11,890 nucleotides of DNA from Candidatus Micrarchaeota archaeon. Its GTDB lineage: Archaea > Micrarchaeota > Micrarchaeia > Anstonellales > Anstonellaceae. The translations under genes and the position numbers were made by a program. The DNA lies in NCBI GenBank assembly GCA_043810635.1, contig JBDRNY010000038.1, positions 1 through 11,890 on the forward strand, read 5' to 3'. Below the pieces are notes generated by a model. It searched no databases and was not told the origin of the DNA. It saw only the letters and a program-made list of their open reading frames with translations. Below are positions 1-7,333 of the stretch, in pieces (within the stretch, counting starts at the first letter, position 1; every line of letters starts with the position of its first letter).

Positions 1-572
1 ACAATTATTTTTCCATCATCTTTACTTGATAAAATCTGTATATGCTCTTCTGCAAATACTTTTGTTGTAAATACATTGTTTAATGATTTAGAATTTACTA
101 CGTCGCAGGTTACCCTGTTGTTTACAATAAGATCCAGCTGAAGAATGATATTTTCACTGTCAAGAGAGTAGCCCTTTGAGTTTAACATTGTCTCATCTAC
201 CGGAAATCTCCAGGAGTATTCAACACTTTTTTTGATATCCTTGTTAAAAAGAAAGCCTTCAGAAATTTCAACAGTTTCTCTTATGGAGTGCTTCCCAACA
301 AGATATCCGTCTTCGATTACATCCCCGATAGGGGTGTCTTTTTTTGCGCAGGCGGCTATAGTACCGACCCATACACGGTTGTCAAAAAAGGTTTTTCTAT
401 ATGCATCTACCAACTTCTTGTTTTCTGCATTTTTACTGACAAAATTGTGCAAATCTTTCAAATCTTTTTCAGTATAAAGGATTTTCTCTATTGATGGATG
501 CTTGTTTTTAAGCTCGTTTACAAAATTTACAACTTTAGGAGCGTTTTCTTTGAAACTGGGTGTGAGTGGCAT
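1..572 (-). CDS. Hypothetical protein, runs off the left window edge (>190 aa)
   Basis: Manual translation from ATG at 572 (MPLTPSFKENAPKVVNFVNELKNKHPSIEKILY...SSKDDGKII) is open to position 1. It starts 33 bp downstream of the co-oriented aldolase. It is absent from the ORF track because no stop lies in the window. No recognisable motif. Confidence 0.8.
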   Translation of the reverse strand, partial: MPLTPSFKENAPKVVNFVNELKNKHPSIEKILYTEKDLKDLHNFVSKNAENKKLVDAYRKTFFDNRVWVGTIAACAKKDTPIGDVIEDGYLVGKHSIRETVEISEGFLFNKDIKKSVEYSWRFPVDETMLNSKGYSLDSENIILQLDLIVNNRVTCDVVNSKSLNNVFTTKVFAEEHIQILSSKDDGKII

Positions 573-605
573 ATTATTTTTTCCTCTGAATAACATATAA
601 ACACC

Positions 606-1370
606 TTATTCCCCAAAAACAACTTTTCTTAATTTTTGGGTTATTTCAAGGGGATGGTCTGACTGCCAAACATTTCTTCCTACAGCAAAGCCGCAGGCGC
701 CCGCCCCCATCACTTCTTTTGCTTTTTTTATAAAAGCATCATCGCTTAATTTGGAACCGCCGGCAGAAATTACTTTGCATTTTTGCGCTGCCTGCACAAC
801 AGACTGGAATGTTTCGGGAGAGCCGGTGTAATTTACTTTTACAATATCTGCGCCCAATTCCAATGCAACCCTTGCCGCATATGCAATTACTGAAGGCTCT
901 TTTTCATCTTTTACATATCTTCCCCTTGGGTATGCCCATAATATTGTGGGCATTCCGTATTCTGCGCATTCTGCCTTGATTTGCCCGAATTCCTTGAACA
1001 TTTTTGCCTCCATGGGTGAGCCCACATAAATTGTATAGCCCACTGCATCTGCGCCCAAATTGACAGCTTCTTTTACTGTTGCTATCTGGGGGGAGTAAAC
1101 TTCTTCTTTTGGGTTGATGTTGGTACGACCATTAAGCTTGAGCACAAGTGGCACTTTTCCAGCATAATTTTCCATATATTTGTATGCAATTCCCTTCTGG
1201 ATTGCCAAGCCTGTAAATCCCCCTTTTACTGCAATATCCAGCACATAATCTGGGTTGATGTTTTTGCCGTTAAAATCAACAGGCCCGTGCTCCATTCCCT
1301 GGTCCATTGCCAACAAAAGCACTTTCCCGTTTTTTATAATCCTTGAAAGCCTTGTTTTTTCCCCAATCAT
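606..1370 (-). CDS. fba: Class I (DhnA/archaeal class IA type) fructose-bisphosphate aldolase family protein
   Basis: 254 aa with family motifs AMDQGMEHGP, LKLNG, GADAVGYTIYVGS, WAYPRG, ELGADIVKVNY (Schiff-base Lys), AGG and AVGRNVWQ. SD-like GAGGTG upstream. The substrate is inferred, since related enzymes include ADH synthase. Confidence 0.88.
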   Translation of the reverse strand: MIGEKTRLSRIIKNGKVLLLAMDQGMEHGPVDFNGKNINPDYVLDIAVKGGFTGLAIQKGIAYKYMENYAGKVPLVLKLNGRTNINPKEEVYSPQIATVKEAVNLGADAVGYTIYVGSPMEAKMFKEFGQIKAECAEYGMPTILWAYPRGRYVKDEKEPSVIAYAARVALELGADIVKVNYTGSPETFQSVVQAAQKCKVISAGGSKLSDDAFIKKAKEVMGAGACGFAVGRNVWQSDHPLEITQKLRKVVFGE

Positions 1371-1532
1371 CTAAACACCTCTTGACAAAACTGATAGAAG
1401 ATAGGGAGGTTAATAATATAAGTATAATCGGTATGGAAATATTAGGCATGGCAACAGTTTGCGTGCCTGCTGGTAGATAAGACGAAAGGCAGAAATGGAG
1501 TTCCGATAAACACCCTGGGTCTTCCAATTAAT

Positions 1533-1877
1533 TTGACCCGAAAGGCAGGGAACGGGCGCATTAAAAATGATGCAGATTTAGATACATGTTGTGCAGAAAT
1601 AAAAAACAAAATAGATGGGTTTTCTTCTCTTGTAAAAAAAATAGAGAATAGAGATCTAAGAGATGGGTATGAACATGAAATACATATTTTAGAAGGATGT
1701 CTGAAATGGGTGAATAAAGAGATAGCGGCGAATGAGCACTTTGAAGGGAATTTTTTAGTATGGGAAACCGAATTAAAATTCATAGGCGGCAATACAGATA
1801 AAATGACAAAAACGGTAGAGTTTATTGTAGGGGATAATGTAAATACTCTGCTTGTTGAAGACAAGATGGATAGATAA
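1533..1877 (+). CDS. Hypothetical protein, start uncertain, possibly frameshifted at the 5' end
   Basis: 114-aa ORF with protein-like composition filling the gap before the tRNA. The frame is open from 1446, but the nearest ATGs (1433, 1448) are in another frame that stops at 1478-1480. Confidence 0.5.
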   Translation: MTRKAGNGRIKNDADLDTCCAEIKNKIDGFSSLVKKIENRDLRDGYEHEIHILEGCLKWVNKEIAANEHFEGNFLVWETELKFIGGNTDKMTKTVEFIVGDNVNTLLVEDKMDR

Positions 1878-1882
1878 TTAGG

Positions 1883-1896
1883 CTTTTTAACTTAAA
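1883..1896 (+). promoter_or_regulatory. Putative TATA box of tRNA-Gly
   Basis: CTTTTTAACTTAAA about 22-35 nt upstream of the tRNA 5' end. Motif match only. Confidence 0.4.
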
Positions 1897-1917
1897 ACAC
1901 TTAATTTAATTTCGCAT

Positions 1918-1991
1918 GCGATTGTAGTCTAACCTGGTTAGGACATGAGGTTGCCAATCTCAGGATCCGGGTTCAAATCCCGGCGGTCGCA
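1918..1991 (+). tRNA. tRNA-Gly(GCC)
   Basis: Cloverleaf: acceptor GCGATTG/CGGTCGC, D arm GTCT..GGAC, anticodon stem TGAGG/TCTCA with loop TT-GCC-AA, T arm CCGGG-TTCAAAT-CCCGG, discriminator A. No encoded CCA, no intron. Confidence 0.96.
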
Positions 1992-2029
1992 TGGCCCATT
2001 TTTCTTTTTCAAAAAAAGAAAAAGGCCCC

Positions 2030-2081
2030 CCTACAAATCCCTTCGGGATTTGGGGTCCCAAAGTGCGAAGCACTTTGTAGG
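2030..2081. repeat. Inverted doublet of 8-bp hairpins (REP/REPIN-like palindromic element)
   Basis: CCTA-[CAAATCCC TTC GGGATTTG]-GGGTCC-[CAAAGTGC GAA GCACTTTG]-TAGG. The whole 52-mer is an imperfect palindrome. Confidence 0.75.
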
Positions 2082-2121
2082 ACAGGGTTCAAAAAGAAAA
2101 ACCAAAAAAGAAAACTAATGT

Positions 2122-2195
2122 GCCCTCGTAGTTTAACCTGGATAGAATGCGGGCTTGCGGAGCCTGAGAATCGAGTTCAAATCTCGGCGAGGGCG
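2122..2195 (+). tRNA. tRNA-Arg(GCG)
   Basis: Acceptor GCCCTCG/CGAGGGC, D loop with GGA (A20 Arg identity element), anticodon stem CGGGC/GCCTG with loop TT-GCG-GA, T arm TCGAG-TTCAAAT-CTCGG, discriminator G. The GCG anticodon is the archaeal pattern. Confidence 0.95.
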
Positions 2196-2214
2196 CTCAT
2201 TTTCAATCCATCAG

Positions 2215-2853
2215 CTAGTCTGAAGGGCGATGGATTTGCATTTGGCCTAATGTTAGCTTTAGATTGGATAAATACTCTATGAGGCGGGCCAGGGCATATG
2301 CAGAAAGGGCGATTGCCCCTGTTATTGAGAGGATAATAAATTGAAGTAGGGTAATTCCAAAAGAAGCCAGAATGTCTGCGTTTTTTTGAAAAACTGAAAA
2401 AATGAAAAATATTATGGATACTGCAATATTTGCGCCTATGCAAAGCAGAACCAGCATTTTTGCCTCCTCCCAGGCACTGATTTTTCCTTTTTTCCACCAC
2501 CCCATAAGCTTGGTGCCGATGAATCCCGCAATTGAGCATGCCAACCCAAATATTAAGAGTACTTCTTGAGGGATGCCCCCGTAATAGCTAAAACTTCCGC
2601 TTTCAGGTACTCCCATTGCGATAAGCTGGAGTTTGAAAAACAATAGTATTTGATTGAGAATATTTATGCCTCCAAGAGATATGAAAATTGCGAGAACGGC
2701 TATCAGCAAATATAATGAAATAAGAAACATATAGAAGTAGAAAACCCCTTTCAATGAAATAATTATGAATGAAATAACATAATCAAATAGCATAGATAAG
2801 ATATGAGATATGGGAGATTTACTGCCCATGTTCAAATTAGGGCGCACGAACAT
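2215..2853 (-). CDS. Hypothetical polytopic membrane protein (about 4-6 TM segments)
   Basis: 212 aa with several long hydrophobic stretches. The true start may be a downstream ATG. Confidence 0.75.
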   Translation of the reverse strand: MFVRPNLNMGSKSPISHILSMLFDYVISFIIISLKGVFYFYMFLISLYLLIAVLAIFISLGGINILNQILLFFKLQLIAMGVPESGSFSYYGGIPQEVLLIFGLACSIAGFIGTKLMGWWKKGKISAWEEAKMLVLLCIGANIAVSIIFFIFSVFQKNADILASFGITLLQFIILSITGAIALSAYALARLIEYLSNLKLTLGQMQIHRPSD

Positions 2854-2889
2854 TTAATAACAATTCAATTGTTAGCTACCCGTGGTTTT

Positions 2890-4242
2890 ATGAAAAAATA
2901 TTATGGAATTTTTGCCTTGTTTGGAATACTTTTTTTGTTTGGGTGCTATACTATAGTGCTGAATAGTGATACGCTGCAGAAGTTTAAATTGGACGGAAGC
3001 TCGGAAATTGAAGCTGAGGGGGAATTGACAGCGGATTTGGGCGAGCTGAAAACGCTTATGGAATACAGCGCAAGCATGAGCGAGGATGAGGAGAAAAATC
3101 CGGATATGCTTTTGATTGAGGGGATGATTGAATATTTTGAAAGCAGGAAATATGCTGAAGATATTTGCTCTGCCGCGGATAATGTGCATTGCGAAGTTAC
3201 GAATGACAATCATATTCTTATAAAAACAACAATGCCTCCCGGGGAATTTTATGAGCATGCAAAAAGCACTGATGCTTCTGGAAAAGACAGGTATGTGTAT
3301 AAAATAAAGAAAGCGCCGATTGCATTTTATTATCTGCAGGAGGGGGATGTGCTTTCAGATGCTGTTTCTGATGGAATGGATGAGTATGTGAAAAATTATA
3401 TTGAGGAAAATTTTGACAATTCCTATCCGGACAAATATTGCGAGGAGAGCGAATATGCAGTATTTTCATGTGAATTAAAAAGCAAGGCGGGGGAGGAAGC
3501 CGAAGTGGGCCTTTCTTCGCAATATTCAGATGTTGTGAGTAAAGTGGTGTGGGCAGGATGCTCGCAAGAAGAAGTGGATGATGTTTTAATGATGGATGAA
3601 AGCGAGGCAAAAGAAAATGTGTATTCTGCAAAAGATGTGAATAAAGAAGTGGGGGATGATGAGGAGAGTGTGAAGGTTTCCTGCCCTTCAGGATATAACA
3701 CGCTTATTTTGTTTGTTGAAATTGAATATGAAGAAGAAACGAGTGCAAGTGTTGATGCATACAAAATAATGAACAGGGAGGAAAAGAAGCAGGATATTAT
3801 TGCGGCTTTGGATGAGGATGAGGAGAGTGGAATTGATTCTGGGGAAGAAATAGTTTCGGGCAAAGAGGCAAATATAATAGATTTTGAAAACGGAAAAATA
3901 GGGGGCAGCACATATTCTGAATTTATAGATGAGCTTGCAGAAACAGGGGAAAGCGAATATGGGCCTTATTATGAAGTGAATATTGTGTATAGGGCGCAAT
4001 TTGAAGGAAATGTTGAGAGCGCAAAAATAGGGGCAACAGATATTGATGTAAGCAGTAATGAAATTGAAATAAATCTTGAAGAGCTGGAAGAATATGGCCC
4101 CGGAGCTGTTGAAGTGGTTGTGCTGTCAGGCGCGGCAACAGGAGGAAGTACAGGAGGCGGAGATGATGGAGGAACATTGTGCGTTCCTGCAGCAACATTT
4201 GCCATGCTTGCTGGCTTTGTGATTTTTAATAGGAGGAAATAA
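2890..4242 (+). CDS. Acidic cell-surface protein with N-terminal lipoprotein-type signal and C-terminal membrane anchor
   Basis: Start moved from 2803 to ATG 2890, which gives MKKYYGIFALFGILFLFGC (basic, hydrophobic, lipobox Cys) and removes the overlap with the divergent gene. Very D/E-rich body. Ends GGSTGGGDDGGTLCVPAATFAMLAGFVIFNRRK. Confidence 0.85.
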   Translation: MKKYYGIFALFGILFLFGCYTIVLNSDTLQKFKLDGSSEIEAEGELTADLGELKTLMEYSASMSEDEEKNPDMLLIEGMIEYFESRKYAEDICSAADNVHCEVTNDNHILIKTTMPPGEFYEHAKSTDASGKDRYVYKIKKAPIAFYYLQEGDVLSDAVSDGMDEYVKNYIEENFDNSYPDKYCEESEYAVFSCELKSKAGEEAEVGLSSQYSDVVSKVVWAGCSQEEVDDVLMMDESEAKENVYSAKDVNKEVGDDEESVKVSCPSGYNTLILFVEIEYEEETSASVDAYKIMNREEKKQDIIAALDEDEESGIDSGEEIVSGKEANIIDFENGKIGGSTYSEFIDELAETGESEYGPYYEVNIVYRAQFEGNVESAKIGATDIDVSSNEIEINLEELEEYGPGAVEVVVLSGAATGGSTGGGDDGGTLCVPAATFAMLAGFVIFNRRK

Positions 4243-4250
4243 TTGAAATT

Positions 4251-4288
4251 TGCTCCCGGCTTGCAGGGGCGGGAGTATTTTTTATTTT
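4251..4288 (+). terminator. Putative terminator: hairpin plus T-rich tract
   Basis: TGCTCCCG...CGGGAGTA stem followed by TTTTTTATTTT, 8 nt after the stop codon. Confidence 0.45.
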
Positions 4289-4597
4289 AATTAAACCCCC
4301 GGTAAAAAAATTGAGCATCTCGGAGACAAATTCTATACCGTTGCAAAATGTTTTTACAAAAACAACCACTTTGCTCCCGCAAACATGCCGCGGAGCCGGA
4401 CCGTACCGGATTTATCAGTTGTTCAGAGATAAAACGCAACGCCCTAAATTTATCTATTATAGGCAGGTTTTAATACTTCAAAATCTATTATACATATGTA
4501 AATTTCAGGACGTGTAATGCTCATTTTAAGAAATTAAAGGCGAGCGGGACAGGCTGGAATTAGTTGAAATGCTAGTGTGCTTTTGAAAGCAGGCTAG

Positions 4598-4780
4598 GGA
4601 AAGGAAGATGGTTTAATGTAAACTGCCCACGACTAAAGTGGGCTTTCCATAGGTTGATATGTATGTTGCACAGCAACGTTGGACAAACCAACTTCATTGG
4701 AACGCAAAAGTCCGTTTACAGGGACTCGCCTATTGGAAAACTGGAAAAAAACAGATGTGCTAAAATCATGAGTTTTATTC
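4598..4780 (-). ncRNA. Predicted omega RNA (reRNA) of the first TnpB; guide about AUUAAACCAUCUUCCUUUCC
   Basis: Inferred from established TnpB architecture: the scaffold overlaps the 3' end of tnpB and the right end, and the guide is the flank after TTAC. The 5' boundary is a guess. Confidence 0.55.
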
Positions 4781-5883
4781 CGCTCCAACAGAGATTTTAT
4801 GGCAATAGCAAGGCTTGCCTTCCTATCACTATTCATTATCAAACCACATTTTCTGCATTTATACAAGGCATAATTGCCAGATTTATGCCCATCATTAATT
4901 GCACCGCAGGATGGGCACCATTTGGAAGTGTGGTAAGCATCAACTTCTTGAATGCCAATGCCAAGCATTTCAGCATTGGATTTAAGAAACTGCTTAAACA
5001 AGCCATAAGGTATTCTACTAATTTTAGAGTTTGCCTGTTTTCTAAACTTTCCTCTTCTGCCTCTGACATTTTTCAATTTTTCAATAGCAATAGAAGCACC
5101 ATATTTCTTGGCAAGTTTGGCAATTTCCTTGCTGATTTGGCCGCTCCTAGTTTTGACAAAATTAAATTGGCTGTTTTTAAGCCGCTTAAGGGATTTATAT
5201 GCACGTTGGGAGCCTTTGTCAGCCAAAGATTGCAAATAAGAGCGCCTTCGTGCATATCTTTTCTGCCTAACAGCCACATCCCTCCCAAAATAAAGTTGCT
5301 TAACAGTTTTGGATTTTACAGTATCAAATACGGAAACAGTTGCAAGAGTGGAAGAGCCAATATCAATTCCCAGAGCATATCTACAATCATAATGAGGAGC
5401 GGGAAACTCTTTCTCAAGAACAACTGCTATTCTTCCATCCTTGAGAAGAGAAATGTTATCAAAAAGCCAGCCATCAGAAATAAATTGCTTAAATCTTTGA
5501 TATTGCCTGTCAGTAGCAACAGGTATGCTAAAGCATTTTCTTGGAGAATAAGTAATTTTGAAAACAGGATTATCTCTCTGGGTAAAAACATATTTGAACC
5601 ATCTTTTATTCAGGCGGATGGAAGCATTAGTAATTTTTCCTTTGATTTTCTTTCTTTTAGCCCAAATATCTTTGCGGGCTTCTTGAATGATGTCAGAAGC
5701 AAGAAAAGAGGTTTTGCGGATGCATTTGTATGTTAAATGGTGCAATTCATTGGAAGATTTGGCTCTAGGCAATTTTGCTAATGTAAAATTGCAGGCATGC
5801 AAGTATTCAGCCATAATGCCCTTTAACAATTTGGATTTCTTTGGAGTTAATTGTCTGCAATTCAAAACTATGGTTTTCCTCAC
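4633..5883 (-). CDS. tnpB: RNA-guided endonuclease TnpB
   Basis: 416 aa, basic. RuvC-I GIDIG, RuvC-II IAIEKL, YHTSKWCPSCG and CRKCG zinc finger, RuvC-III NSDRKAS, so the D-E-D triad is intact. GTG start with GGTGA SD at 5892-5888. Confidence 0.93.
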   Translation of the reverse strand: MRKTIVLNCRQLTPKKSKLLKGIMAEYLHACNFTLAKLPRAKSSNELHHLTYKCIRKTSFLASDIIQEARKDIWAKRKKIKGKITNASIRLNKRWFKYVFTQRDNPVFKITYSPRKCFSIPVATDRQYQRFKQFISDGWLFDNISLLKDGRIAVVLEKEFPAPHYDCRYALGIDIGSSTLATVSVFDTVKSKTVKQLYFGRDVAVRQKRYARRRSYLQSLADKGSQRAYKSLKRLKNSQFNFVKTRSGQISKEIAKLAKKYGASIAIEKLKNVRGRRGKFRKQANSKISRIPYGLFKQFLKSNAEMLGIGIQEVDAYHTSKWCPSCGAINDGHKSGNYALYKCRKCGLIMNSDRKASLAIAIKSLLERNKTHDFSTSVFFQFSNRRVPVNGLLRSNEVGLSNVAVQHTYQPMESPL

Positions 5884-5991
5884 ACTTTCACCAATAATTT
5901 TTATATTTTCAAGGGCATTTAAAGGCTTTGAGGGTAGGTTTCCAGTGGAAGATTTGCAATTCCTCCCCTGTAAGCCAGAGGTTTCTTTGCG

Positions 5992-5997
5992 GGTGAT
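5992..5997 (+). promoter_or_regulatory. Shine-Dalgarno GGTGAT for the helicase, located inside the IS left end
   Basis: GGTGAT-TCT-ATG. The same GGTGA motif precedes tnpB and the Zn-ribbon gene. Confidence 0.65.
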
Positions 5998-6000
5998 TCT

Positions 6001-7326
6001 ATGAAATTTGATGAGATGAAATTAGGAAAGCTTTTGCTTGATGCCCTGAATAAGATGGGTTTTGAAATTCCCACACCCATACAAGAGCAGGCAATACCCG
6101 CGCTTTTGCAGGGTGAGGATTTGATAGGGCAGGCGCAGACAGGCACAGGAAAAACCGCCGCGTTTGGATTGCCTGCATTGCAATATTGCATGCAAAAAAG
6201 AAAGGAAGAGGGGCATCCCCATCCTGTAAGGGGGGTTGCAATGCCTTATGTGCTTATTTTGGCGCCAACACGGGAGCTGGCAGTTCAGATTACGGGAGAA
6301 TTGGAAAAGATGGGAAGATATACTCCCTTGAGGGTTGTTTGTGTTTATGGGGGACAGAGCATAAATGTACAGCTAAGAGCGTTTGAAAAGCAGGTAGATA
6401 TTGTTGTGGGCACCCCTGGCAGGGTTTTGGACCATATGCAAAGGGAAAATCTTAACCTTCAGCAAGCAGGATATGTTGTTCTGGATGAGGCTGACAGGAT
6501 GCTGGATATGGGATTTATTAAAGATGTTATGCAGATTATGAGCAAAACTCAGAAAGGGCGGCAGACTGCGCTGTTTGGTGCAACTGTGCCAAAAGAGATT
6601 GAAAATATTGCTTATGAATATATGGAAAATCCCAAAAAAATCAGGGTTTCACAGGACAATATTACTGTTGAGGGGATAGCGCAAAAGTTTGTGCAAGTGA
6701 ATGCAGGAAACAGGATTGGGTATTTGCTGTCAGTGCTTGAGCTTGAGAGGCCGGCTTTGGCAGTTGTTTTTGTAAGGACAAAAAGGGCGGCTGAGAAGTT
6801 GAGCTGGATATTACAGAGGCGAAAATTCGCATCAGACTGCTTGCACGGAAATATGCGCCAGGGTGCAAGGGACAAGGCGATGGCAAAGTTTAGGGACGGA
6901 AAGATACACATGCTTGTTGCAACAGATTTGGCATCAAGGGGGCTTGATGTGCTTGAAGTGAGCCATGTTATCAATTATGATATGCCTGAGGAAATTATGA
7001 CTTATGTGCACAGGATAGGAAGGACAGGGCGCATGGGCGCCAAAGGAAAAGCAATTTCGTTTATATTTGAAGACCAGATGGGGCTTCTTAAAGATATTGT
7101 AAAAGTTACAAGAGTTCCTATGGAGGAGCTTATTGTTGAACCAAAACAAGTTTTTCATTCAGATGTTCCACGGGATAGGGGCAGAAGAAGGGGCGGCCGC
7201 GCAGGCATGGGCTCAAGATGGGCTTCCGGGATGAACATGAAAAGAATGCACGGGAGGGCAGGAAAGCCTGCACGCGGACATGTCAGAATAAGAGGGAACC
7301 ACACCTATACAGGAAGAAGCAGGTGA
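6001..7326 (+). CDS. DEAD-box ATP-dependent RNA helicase (DeaD/CshA-like)
   Basis: Q motif GFEIPTPIQ, AQTGTGKT, PTRELA, GG, TPGR, DEAD, motif III variant GAT, LHG, RGLD and HRIGRTGR. R/G-rich basic C-terminal tail. Confidence 0.96.
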   Translation: MKFDEMKLGKLLLDALNKMGFEIPTPIQEQAIPALLQGEDLIGQAQTGTGKTAAFGLPALQYCMQKRKEEGHPHPVRGVAMPYVLILAPTRELAVQITGELEKMGRYTPLRVVCVYGGQSINVQLRAFEKQVDIVVGTPGRVLDHMQRENLNLQQAGYVVLDEADRMLDMGFIKDVMQIMSKTQKGRQTALFGATVPKEIENIAYEYMENPKKIRVSQDNITVEGIAQKFVQVNAGNRIGYLLSVLELERPALAVVFVRTKRAAEKLSWILQRRKFASDCLHGNMRQGARDKAMAKFRDGKIHMLVATDLASRGLDVLEVSHVINYDMPEEIMTYVHRIGRTGRMGAKGKAISFIFEDQMGLLKDIVKVTRVPMEELIVEPKQVFHSDVPRDRGRRRGGRAGMGSRWASGMNMKRMHGRAGKPARGHVRIRGNHTYTGRSR

Positions 7327-7333
7327 TAGGCTC

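Larger units (their letters stand above)
4618..6000 (-). mobile_element. Non-autonomous IS200/IS605-family element (tnpB only, IS1341-like), 1383 bp
   Basis: On the minus strand the left end is TTCAT|AGAATCACCCGCAAA-GAAA-CCTCTG GCTTA CAGGGG-AGGAATTGC. The right end is AAAG-CCCAC TTTAGTC GTGGG-CAGT-TTAC|. The guide/cleavage pairs GAAA/TCAT and AAAG/TTAC both obey the IS608 pairing rule. No tnpA is present. Confidence 0.85.

Noticed and set aside
1918..2195. tRNAs as integration sites of an island
   Set aside because: No duplicated tRNA 3' end and no integrase seen in the window.
2803..2889. N-terminal extension of the 479-aa ORF
   Set aside because: It overlaps the divergent gene and would bury the signal peptide that starts at 2890.
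4290..4450. Possible ncRNA or ribozyme (minus-strand CTGATAA plus CCGG hairpin) and the 68-aa ORF at 4311-4517
   Set aside because: The hammerhead core is incomplete (no CUGAUGA/GAAA). No known RNA fold was recognisable. The ORF has a TTG start, no SD and no motif.
4654..5736. 360-aa antisense ORF inside tnpB
   Set aside because: It is codon-aligned with tnpB, so it only needs tnpB to avoid TTA, CTA and TCA codons. It has no motifs or SD. The length is notable, but it is most likely a shadow ORF.
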